From: Nitrospiraceae bacterium
GTDB lineage: Bacteria > Nitrospirota > Nitrospiria > Nitrospirales > Nitrospiraceae
Length of the DNA stretch: 64,000 nucleotides
Assembly: GCA_050246315.1 (NCBI GenBank)
Contig: JBFWWG010000007.1
Span: 128,001-192,000 of the forward strand
Direction: 5' to 3'
Numbering within the stretch: position 1 is the first letter of the stretch; each line of letters begins with the position of its first letter. The notes under the pieces are model-generated. The model was given only the letters and a program-made list of their open reading frames with translations, did no database searches and was not told the DNA's origin. The position numbers were made by a program, and so were the translations under genes. Of this stretch, positions 31,738-40,228 are shown in pieces.

Positions 31738-34700
31738 TTAGAATCGCGGCAACTTGAAAAATGACGCTTCGGCCTTATTCTGGATCTCGTTCAGCTCCTC
31801 CTCTGGAAGCCTCGCCAAGACCGGTGCCAGTCGTTTGAGTTCTTCGACCGTCATGGTGCAGGCCTCACATCGCCCCATATAGACCGTACCATCATCGCTG
31901 GCCGAGAGGATCCATTTGCCGTCGGGACTGAACTCCACGGAGTTTACCCCTTCACTGTGCCGACGCAACACAGCAAGCTGTTTGGTTGTCGTCGCATCCC
32001 AGACACGAAGCGTGTTATCCACACCACCCGTCACTACCCAGTTGCCATCCCTACTGAATGAGGCGGCGGCCAACCCGGCGCTATGGCCTCCACCAAGTAC
32101 CTTCGACGGACCAGCCCGTTCCAATGGCCAAATCCTTGCCGTCTTATCGGCGCTCGCTGTCAACAACCATTTACTGTCAGGGCTGAACTCGAGAGATTTG
32201 ATCTGGCCGTTATGCCCCTGAAGGTCCCTTATGCGAACACGCAGGTTGGTCCTTTCAAAGAGCTCCACGTTTTTGTTTTTTTCATTGAGCGCGGCGATCC
32301 ACTTTCCATCCGGGCTGATCGCAGCCAGCCAGCGTCCAGATTCCTCCTCAGACGCAAGCCGGGGTTGAAGAGGACCCTCGACCCTCAAGGTTTTCGTCTC
32401 CCAGATAGAAATCTGTCCGCTTCGGCTGACGGTGACGAGCTCGTCACTTCCTGAACTGAACGCCGCCGTCAGCATGGAGGTGAGCCACCCTGGAGTGATC
32501 GTTCGATTCGATGTGACGTCCCACAGAATGGGTTTCGTCCTCGGATCGAGGCCCCCGTCAGCCCCGACACCAAGAAGATATTTTCCATCTCTGCTCCACG
32601 ACAAAGACCACAATTGGTCCCTATCGACACCATGCAGCTCCCGTGATTCGGCCGCTTTTTCATCGCCGACATTCGTCAATCCAACCATGACGGCTCTCCC
32701 CTGTTCCTCACCAACGGCCACGCGCGTTCCATGGGGATCGAATCTAGCGTGAAGCGCCCATCGCTCTGAAGCCTCAAGCAGGCTGGGCGCACGGAAATGC
32801 CAAATACGCACCATCCCATCCGCTCCAGCGCTCACGACATGCCGTCCGTCCGGACTGAATACGGCATGAGTGACTGCGTCTTGATGCCCGCGCAACACGG
32901 CAATCGAGGTCCCAGATCTGGTCGACCAGATCCGTGCCGTATTGTCGTTACTCGCCGTCACGAGCCATTTTCCGTCAGTCGAGGCATTGGCATCGTTTAC
33001 CCAATCATCATGTGCCCGCCGCTGTTTCGGATTCATGGTGGCATCTACCCATAGTTGGGTAACCTTTCCCGAGACCGTAATCAGCGGGCGGCTCTCGCCT
33101 GAATCGGGAGCAAACTTGGCAGCAATGACAGGATGCTTGTGCTTGAGAGGCCACCTGTTCGGCACAGGCTTCGCGAGTTGTCGGCGCTCTAAATCCAACT
33201 GCCACACAATGGCCTGGCTATCGTCCCCTGCCGTCACCAATAAGCCCGCATCTGCCCGATGAAATTCGATATCACGGATGGAGTAGTATCGTTCATGCGT
33301 AATTGGCGAATCGTTTCCCTTTGGGCTTTCTCTGGCAATCCAAACACCGGGATGACCCAGCTTCCAGATATTCACGGTCCCGATGGCATCACCGCTCGCC
33401 AAGTACGTACTATCGTGTGAGAATGCCAGCGCGGTCACCGTCACAGGTTTCGTCACTTTGTGCGTGTAGGCATCCGGTTTCGAGGACGGGTCGCTTAGGT
33501 CCCACACCAAGACTTCTCCGTCGTAGCAGCCGATGGCGACGTACTTATCATCCGGACTGACCCCAATCGTATAGACTCGGTTGTGTTCGCCCTCGCAAGT
33601 CATCAGACGGACGGATGGATCGTCGATCCGCTGGACTTGTGCTTGACCATCTTCCGTCTGTGTGACGAGAGTCCTATTCTTCTCGATCAACCAGGCGCGC
33701 TGGATTGCTTCCTTTCTTTGGATAGGCACCCGTCGTGGGCTATAGGTACTGGAATCGTAAACTGCGAGGTTTTTCCCGCTCGCGATCAGCAGAAGGGTTC
33801 CATCAGAACTGTAGCGCACATCCGCAATCGGCTCCCCAATCTGGAGAATTCTTTCCGTGTGGGCGGTTTCAAGCATCGCGACTGACTGCCGTAGCGCATT
33901 CACGCCAAGCTCATTGCTGGGATCAACCGCCAACGCCGCCATGGCAAGATGAGCACTCCGGGCTGGATCCTGATCAATTGCCTGAATGGCTTCGGATGCG
34001 AGGGCACGCGATTGCGCCATACTGGTTCGACTGTTCGAGAAGACTATCCACGCAATTCCCGCTACTCCCACGATTCCAATCAGGAGACCGAATATTCCCA
34101 ACTGTCGACGAACTCGGCGCGCTCTGTGCCGTTCCTCACCCGCCTTGCTGATGACCGGCACGAGTCGATCATGGATCAGTTCGATCCGGGCCGTATCGGA
34201 ATGTTGCACCACCCGGAGGAGTCGATGGGTATCTGTCAGAACCTTGATCTGACGCTCAGTCAGAAGCCCGTTTTGCAAGGCTCCCTCCACTGGATAGTCG
34301 CCTCGAAAACGATCGCCTTGGATCAGATTGTCCTCGATAAAGGTCGCCACATCCGGCGGGCCATTGATCGCGGGATCATTCAACGCCGTTTGATAAAACG
34401 TCTCCAGGATGTCCTGTCCGACCGTTTCCACCAACTCACGATCGATTTTAGAATCCGGAGCACGGCGACGGTTGAGTTCGGAGCAACACAGGCTCAGCAG
34501 CACGGGCTCGATGGTCAGGTTCTCCGTGCCGCGAGCACAGAAGTCGTCATCCTGCCTCCCGACCAAGTCCACGATGCGCGCGGCCACTCCCGCTTCCAAC
34601 ACTACCGCCCCAGCACGTTCCACAGCCTGTATCGCCGTGCCAGGCGTCATGGCCTGGAGGTGAAGACAGTGGCGGAGAAGGGACGGCACCTGATGCTCCC

Positions 34701-35397
34701 AATCCTTCATCTGCGGCAGAAAATCCTCTCGGAAGGACAGGATGACCCGATAGCGATGCGACATGAGATCGAGCAAGCCGCGCTTGGTGCCGTCCGACTC
34801 GTCGAGCGACTTCGGGATGGTGTTTGCCACCAGGTCCGCAAGATCTTGGAAGGTCTCCTGTGTGCGACCCGGACCGCCGGCCCCCTTCGAGAACAATTCC
34901 TCGAATTGATCGAACACGAAGACAGGGCTCATGAGGAAATTGTCTGCTCCCCAAAACTCCAAATCACGTCGATGGAGGTATTCCCAGAGTGTTTCATCCA
35001 TGGGCATTGGCGGAAACTCTGCTCCCGCCCTTTCCAGCTCGGCTTGCAGAATCGCCTTGACCTGGTTGAGCACCGGCTCCGCTCCCGTGCTCAACAACGT
35101 CAATCGGACGTAGATGGGCAAGAAGCGTTCACTGCGAGGCAAGACAAGTTCCCTCCGTAGCAGGGGAAACAATCCGGCCTTGAGCAGTGAGGTCTTTCCC
35201 AGCCCGGATTTGCCATAGAGAACCGTCAGCGGTGATTGACACACCAACCGCAGAAGCGTGGCGGATTCCTCCTGGCGTCCACAAAAGTATTCTTGAGATG
35301 TTTCGTCGTAGGCTGCCAAGCCAGGCCACGGCTGTTGCGGATTCAGCATCGAGGCAGCCGGTAAGGTCTCGATGGGAGGGCTGCATTGAACGCTCAC
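31738..35397 (-). CDS. nSTAND1-type NTPase - transmembrane helix - WD40 repeat protein
   Basis: PWPGL..Y......FCGR..E, Walker A GKSGLGKTS, Walker B FVFDQFEELF, SFREDF, ELIHD, TM LGIFGLLIGIVGVAGIAWIVF, then many GH...FSPDG...TAS.D.TARIW repeats. The GTG start overlaps the upstream stop (GTGA) after GGAGG. Confidence 0.92.
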   Translation of the reverse strand: MSVQCSPPIETLPAASMLNPQQPWPGLAAYDETSQEYFCGRQEESATLLRLVCQSPLTVLYGKSGLGKTSLLKAGLFPLLRRELVLPRSERFLPIYVRLTLLSTGAEPVLNQVKAILQAELERAGAEFPPMPMDETLWEYLHRRDLEFWGADNFLMSPVFVFDQFEELFSKGAGGPGRTQETFQDLADLVANTIPKSLDESDGTKRGLLDLMSHRYRVILSFREDFLPQMKDWEHQVPSLLRHCLHLQAMTPGTAIQAVERAGAVVLEAGVAARIVDLVGRQDDDFCARGTENLTIEPVLLSLCCSELNRRRAPDSKIDRELVETVGQDILETFYQTALNDPAINGPPDVATFIEDNLIQGDRFRGDYPVEGALQNGLLTERQIKVLTDTHRLLRVVQHSDTARIELIHDRLVPVISKAGEERHRARRVRRQLGIFGLLIGIVGVAGIAWIVFSNSRTSMAQSRALASEAIQAIDQDPARSAHLAMAALAVDPSNELGVNALRQSVAMLETAHTERILQIGEPIADVRYSSDGTLLLIASGKNLAVYDSSTYSPRRVPIQRKEAIQRAWLIEKNRTLVTQTEDGQAQVQRIDDPSVRLMTCEGEHNRVYTIGVSPDDKYVAIGCYDGEVLVWDLSDPSSKPDAYTHKVTKPVTVTALAFSHDSTYLASGDAIGTVNIWKLGHPGVWIARESPKGNDSPITHERYYSIRDIEFHRADAGLLVTAGDDSQAIVWQLDLERRQLAKPVPNRWPLKHKHPVIAAKFAPDSGESRPLITVSGKVTQLWVDATMNPKQRRAHDDWVNDANASTDGKWLVTASNDNTARIWSTRSGTSIAVLRGHQDAVTHAVFSPDGRHVVSAGADGMVRIWHFRAPSLLEASERWALHARFDPHGTRVAVGEEQGRAVMVGLTNVGDEKAAESRELHGVDRDQLWSLSWSRDGKYLLGVGADGGLDPRTKPILWDVTSNRTITPGWLTSMLTAAFSSGSDELVTVSRSGQISIWETKTLRVEGPLQPRLASEEESGRWLAAISPDGKWIAALNEKNKNVELFERTNLRVRIRDLQGHNGQIKSLEFSPDSKWLLTASADKTARIWPLERAGPSKVLGGGHSAGLAAASFSRDGNWVVTGGVDNTLRVWDATTTKQLAVLRRHSEGVNSVEFSPDGKWILSASDDGTVYMGRCEACTMTVEELKRLAPVLARLPEEELNEIQNKAEASFFKLPRF

Positions 35398-36794
35398 AGC
35401 ATCGCCTCCTTCCGACGAGCCGCTCGGATGAGTATCTGCAACCGTGCGATCGTACGAGCATCGGGTTGGCCGTCCGGAGCGTGCCCGAAATCCAGGCGTT
35501 CCTTCCACACACGGACGGGCCAGTCAGGCGCCTGGCTGACACAGTAGCGCTCAGGGCTGTACTCCTGATCCACAATCATCGGCACAACGAATTCTCGGTT
35601 CATATCCTTGAACCGCTCGTTCGCCCTACGCCATTCCCTGAATACAAACGCCTCCTCTCGGTTTCCTGCGGAGGATGAGAGCAATGGCATGAAATAGCGA
35701 CAACCTTGGATTCCATCCAAGATACGTTGCTGGTAGTCTTGCGCCGGCTCGATGCTATCTCGGTCGAACCACACCTCTTCCTTCGACACGCCCAACTTCT
35801 GCAACGCGTTGACGACCGCTTCTGCTCGCGGCAGATCGGTTCGACGAGAGTAGCTGACGAAGAACATGGTACGTGGCGGAGGACCATTCCTCTCGGATGC
35901 TCCAGAAGCCGCGGGTGACGCCCCGTGTTCCGCTCTCCACCGCTGGTTCAATTCCTCCACAAAGGCGCCCGGCTCCATTTGAGATAGCACCTCGGTATCT
36001 CGGCTATAGCTCGCCAAGAACAGCGTCAGGCTCTCTCCGGGCTGCAACTGCTCGATCAGCCACTCCCGCTTGCTCCGCTCCCGCGACAGACGGTCTTTGT
36101 TGGTAATGCGGAGGAAGAAGCGACTCAGCCAATCCGGGAAGCGACAGCCAACAAACAGAAGATTGCGAGCCTGGAGTTCACCCAAGAAGGCCATAGGCAC
36201 ATTGCTGCCGCGGGCGATCATATTGTGGGCGTACTCGAGAACATCCTCTTCATGAATCGCGAACACAGGCAGACGTTGGCATTTTCCGAAGAGGTAGAGG
36301 AGGTAGGTCTCGCCTACACGCGTCTGCCAATCAGAGGGAAGGTCATTCACCCCGCTACGCACTCCAAGATTGGGGGAATGGATAATCTCCTGAACAGAAC
36401 AACGCTTTCTTAAACAGCGGGCCAGCATGCCGTCGGGCGTGGCGGTCACCAGTAAGCGAAAACTGGAAATTTCAGCGAGTTGTTGAATGGGCTTGGGGAT
36501 CGATGCCTCGTCTCGAGTCAGCTCATCGACGACCTCATTGACCATTTCGTATAGCTCCTGTAGCCGGATCTGTGGGTCCCGAATGAGGTGATTCACCAAA
36601 CCACTGAGCCCCAGCCCTGCACGGCAGAGCGCCGCGCCATTTTCGACCCCACATCTGCTGCCTACCATCTCAGCAAACCTGGCCTGCAAGTCGCCTCCCG
36701 TAATCGGGTCAATCAGCAACTGCGATCCGAGGACTGGAACGACCACACCGTCATTGATTTGACCGAGCAATCGTTTCCACTTTAGGTCATCCAT
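35394..36794 (-). CDS. SIR2-like (degenerate) + C-terminal TIR domain protein
   Basis: N-terminal SIR2_2-like pattern (VVPVLG, LVTATPD, YLFG, LLFVGC.FPDWL.R). C-terminal TIR_2 pattern FFVSYSR, VWFDR..IEP..D, I.GCRYFMPLLS, FREW..A. Confidence 0.85.
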   Translation of the reverse strand: MDDLKWKRLLGQINDGVVVPVLGSQLLIDPITGGDLQARFAEMVGSRCGVENGAALCRAGLGLSGLVNHLIRDPQIRLQELYEMVNEVVDELTRDEASIPKPIQQLAEISSFRLLVTATPDGMLARCLRKRCSVQEIIHSPNLGVRSGVNDLPSDWQTRVGETYLLYLFGKCQRLPVFAIHEEDVLEYAHNMIARGSNVPMAFLGELQARNLLFVGCRFPDWLSRFFLRITNKDRLSRERSKREWLIEQLQPGESLTLFLASYSRDTEVLSQMEPGAFVEELNQRWRAEHGASPAASGASERNGPPPRTMFFVSYSRRTDLPRAEAVVNALQKLGVSKEEVWFDRDSIEPAQDYQQRILDGIQGCRYFMPLLSSSAGNREEAFVFREWRRANERFKDMNREFVVPMIVDQEYSPERYCVSQAPDWPVRVWKERLDFGHAPDGQPDARTIARLQILIRAARRKEAML

Positions 36795-37627
36795 GGCACG
36801 CCCCTTCAACTCAGTCCAGCCCTCAGTGGCCCGTCATCCTTCCAGTATTGAACCTGACGTTTACCGCGTCGCCGATCTTCTCGAACCGAAGACTGGCGGT
36901 ACCCAGAGGTTCTGCGCCAGCCCCGGACAAGAGGGTGCATCGCGACTGCTGATCATGTCTTCTCGAGCATTCTCCAACTCACTTCCACCTTCTGTCTCAA
37001 TAGCTGTCGATGAGATAGCCTTCTTTAAGCTGAGCGACGGTAGCTCTATCTGCCGATGAGCTTGCCTCTCTCTCCTCCCGTCAGGGTTGCCACCAGTCTT
37101 GGAAAGGTAACGTAAGGTTGGCACGGACTCACGATGGAGATACGGAGCCCGGAGCCACATGCCGTCGAGAATCATCTCCGTCATACAAGCACCTGATGGG
37201 GACAGGAATCGGTCAAATGGCGTTTGATCTTCCATGAATAAAATGACGGCCTACGAGCAGATGAAGTACGCAGCGGGACTCGGATGCGGTCACAGGAACA
37301 GTGAGCCAAAGAGGCAAAGGGCTTGCCGCTCACTTCCAACGGGAGGACCCTACGCTTTTCGCGGAGATGGCACAATCCTCCCGGCGCGGGAGAGTGGTGA
37401 TGTATCTGATTAGATACGTTCTTGATCGGAAACGATACAGAGGCCGGTGCACTGCGGGAAATGACTCTCGGGATCAATCGGGGACAATGCGTGAAGGCGT
37501 ACAGCTTACGTGACCCTCTTACCGTGGCGTAGGTAAAAGCTCAGGTCGAACGGTCGCGAACCGCCGGGATCGAGCCATTGAGCAGCTCGATGGTTGGGTG
37601 GACTGAAGGTGATCTTGCGGAAAAGAA

Positions 37628-38503
37628 TTACCGGTGGACGATCGGCGGCAGCTCCGCGCCTGCACGACAACCCTGGGCTGGGCACAAGGGCAACGCTTCG
37701 GGCAGCCATTCTTGCAACTGTTTGATGCGGGTTTCGTGAGCGGGGTGGGTGGACAAGTATTCCGATGGCGCCTCACCCGAAAGCTGCGCCATACGTTCCC
37801 AGACTCGCACGGCTTCGCGGGGATCGTAGCCGGCCTGCGCGGCGAGCAGCATGCCGATATAGTCCGCTTCGGATTCATGCTTGCGGCTGAACGGCAACAG
37901 GACACCGAGCTTTGTCCCGGCCCCCAACGCCGCCATAGCGCCCGTTCCGAGAATCGGATCGACTCCGAACACCGCCAGTCCGACATTCGCGACCGTCAGC
38001 GCCCCCTGCGCCACCACATTTTGGCTCATTCGCTCGCCGCCGTGCCGGGCCAGGGCATGCACCACTTCATGCCCCATCACGGCGGCCAGTCCAGCCTCAT
38101 TCTTCGACACGGTGAAGATCCCCGTATAGACGGCAATCTTTCCCCCGGGTAAGGCGAATGCATTCAAGGTTTGATCATCCTTAATGACGCTGACCTCCCA
38201 CTGAAACTGATCGGCCAAGTCCGCATACTTGGATTTCTTGGCCGCTTCGATCACGCGGTCCGCGACCCGCCTGACCGGCTCGACCTCACGAGGATCGGTT
38301 GCCATCTTCACCTCGGGATCTTGGAGTACCTGCTGATAGGCTTTCTCGCCCAACTGCATTTCCTGACCGGAGGACACCATCATGAGCTGCCAGCGATCGG
38401 TGTACGGATTCGTCACGCAGCCGGCCTCCCCCACCCAGATGACCAGTAACAGCGCTGCCAACCCAGTCATTCCGCAGCGAGCCTGTGTGGGATCATCCTT
38501 CAT
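37628..38503 (-). CDS. M48 family zinc metallopeptidase lipoprotein
   Basis: Lipobox EAGC, NAFALPGG, HEVVH, ESEAD, STHP...RI. Confidence 0.95.
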   Translation of the reverse strand: MKDDPTQARCGMTGLAALLLVIWVGEAGCVTNPYTDRWQLMMVSSGQEMQLGEKAYQQVLQDPEVKMATDPREVEPVRRVADRVIEAAKKSKYADLADQFQWEVSVIKDDQTLNAFALPGGKIAVYTGIFTVSKNEAGLAAVMGHEVVHALARHGGERMSQNVVAQGALTVANVGLAVFGVDPILGTGAMAALGAGTKLGVLLPFSRKHESEADYIGMLLAAQAGYDPREAVRVWERMAQLSGEAPSEYLSTHPAHETRIKQLQEWLPEALPLCPAQGCRAGAELPPIVHR

Positions 38504-38628
38504 CTGCCGTCACCTCGCTCCCGGTACAATGCGCCGACGCCTGTCGATTGACCCTTGTCTGGGCCTTTGATAGAGTACGCAACCGTCACGCGCCCTGCAA
38601 GCAGGCCCACCAAGCGGACCTCCCTCTC

Positions 38629-39315
38629 ATGCTCGGGTTTCAATCGATCCCTCGCATCGGTATCGACGAATCGGGGAAAGGCGACTATTTCGGCCCTCTG
38701 GTGATCGCCTCCGCCTTCGTGTCGCCGGATCGGGAACCCGATCTGAAACTGCTCCAGGTGAGAGACAGCAAGCGGATCTCCGACGGCCGCATCTTGGAGA
38801 TGGCCGGCGATATCCGTGTGATCTGCCCCCATCGCATCGTCTCCATTGGACCGGAGCGGTACAACACTCTCTATGCCAAGATCAAGAACCTCAACCGCCT
38901 GCTGGCTTGGGGCCATGCCAGAGCCTTGGAGAACCTCCTCGAACAGGTTCCCTGCGAACTGGCGATCGCGGATCAATTCGGAGATGAACGGTACGTCCAA
39001 CGGGCGCTCATGGAGCAGGGAAAGACCGTCCGGCTGGTGCAACAACCCAAAGCCGAGGCCGATCTGGCAGTGGCCGCCGCGTCAATCTTGGCGCGGGCTG
39101 AGTTTCTCACCAGATTACGCCGCCTGTCGGAGGAGGTCGGCGCCACCCTTCCGAAAGGGGCGTCGAATGCGGTGGAGCTGGCGGCGAAGATGATCGTTAA
39201 GAAGCACGGCGAAGCGGGGCTGGGCCGGGTGGCCAAACTTCATTTCCGAACGACTCAGACAATCCTCCGCGATTTCCCGCAGAGTCACAAGGACTCGCCG
39301 GCTTCGTCGTCGTGA
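38629..39315 (+). CDS. rnhC: Ribonuclease HIII (catalytic domain only)
   Basis: IGIDESGKGDYFGPLV, VRDSK, NLNRLLAWGHA, DQF, VAAASILAR, KLHF.T. Confidence 0.88.
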   Translation: MLGFQSIPRIGIDESGKGDYFGPLVIASAFVSPDREPDLKLLQVRDSKRISDGRILEMAGDIRVICPHRIVSIGPERYNTLYAKIKNLNRLLAWGHARALENLLEQVPCELAIADQFGDERYVQRALMEQGKTVRLVQQPKAEADLAVAAASILARAEFLTRLRRLSEEVGATLPKGASNAVELAAKMIVKKHGEAGLGRVAKLHFRTTQTILRDFPQSHKDSPASSS

Positions 39316-40061
39316 TCGTGAGGAGAGCCAGCCGTCGCTGGAGCCTCCACGGGCAGCTCGCCTTCCCAATAGAGGATCCGATGGCAATAGTCACAGACCT
39401 GCAACTCGTCTGAACGCTTGACCTCTGCGATCAATTGCGGCGGGAGTTGCAATCGGCAGCCCTGGCATGTTCCGTCCCGGACAGCCGCAAGCGCATGGTC
39501 CTTCCGTTGCGCCTTGAGCTTTTCGTATCGATCGAGCAGATCGCGCGGTACCGCCGTCGCCGCTTGGCGCTGCTGCTGATCCAACTCGACTAATTCCTTG
39601 CTCAAGCCGGCATCCGATTCAGCCAAAAGTCGTTGCTCGCGTTCGTACGCCGCCTCCGCCTCCCGCACCCTGGCCTGCGCCGCGGCCATCTCGTGCTGAA
39701 GTCGTTCGATCGATTCCATCAGGCCCAGGATCTTTTCTTCGACCTCACCCTTCTTCTTGTTCGCCATCTCGATCTCGAACAGATGGGCCTGATATTCCTT
39801 GTTCGTCTTGATCTCGGCGGTCCGGGCTTTCATCTTCTCGATGTGTGATTCCTGTGTATCCAATTCCCGCTCACAGGTTCGACGCTCTTTTGTCAGGGTC
39901 TCGACCGAGTCGGCGGTCTGCTTCGTAGCCTCCGCGGCCGAGCGCAAGGGGGCGTGGGCGGCGGCGAGACGATCAGGAATCAAGCGGCGCTGGTGCTTGA
40001 TCTCCGCAATCCGGAGGTCGATGGCCTGCAGTTCGATCAGACGAGGGAGATGAGAGTTCAA
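39285..40061 (-). CDS. Coiled-coil C4-type zinc-ribbon protein (DUF164-like)
   Basis: L..LQ.ID, coiled coil, NKEY.A...EI, CQGC...CDYCHRILY; TTG start after AGGAGA. Confidence 0.9.
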   Translation of the reverse strand: MNSHLPRLIELQAIDLRIAEIKHQRRLIPDRLAAAHAPLRSAAEATKQTADSVETLTKERRTCERELDTQESHIEKMKARTAEIKTNKEYQAHLFEIEMANKKKGEVEEKILGLMESIERLQHEMAAAQARVREAEAAYEREQRLLAESDAGLSKELVELDQQQRQAATAVPRDLLDRYEKLKAQRKDHALAAVRDGTCQGCRLQLPPQLIAEVKRSDELQVCDYCHRILYWEGELPVEAPATAGSPHDHDDEAGESL

Positions 40062-40120
40062 CGGTCTCCTGCGGAAATCGTTACGGCATCCGGCCGACGC
40101 CCCTTCGGCCTCGGCTCCGG

Positions 40121-40197
40121 TGGTGGGCCCACTAGGACTTGAACCTAGGACCAACTGATTATGAGTCAGCCGCTCTAACCACCTGAGCTATGGGCCC
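40121..40197 (-). tRNA. tRNA-Ile2 (CAU anticodon, lysidine type)
   Basis: GGGCCCATAGCTCAGGTGGTTAGAGCGGCTGACTCATAATCAGTTGGTCCTAGGTTCAAGTCCTAGTGGGCCCACCA. The CTCATAA loop and position downstream of rpoD resemble E. coli ileX; elongator Met is not fully excluded. Confidence 0.9.
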
Positions 40198-40228
40198 AGT
40201 CTGTTGCATCGCCGGACACAACCGTAGT

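Noticed and set aside
36861..37235. 124-aa ORF upstream of the SIR2-TIR gene as a third system component
   Set aside because: No recognisable domain or convincing RBS; cannot be supported.
40121..40197. tRNA as integration site for the TIR/STAND island
   Set aside because: No duplicated tRNA 3' end or integrase was seen, and core genes lie between the tRNA and the island.
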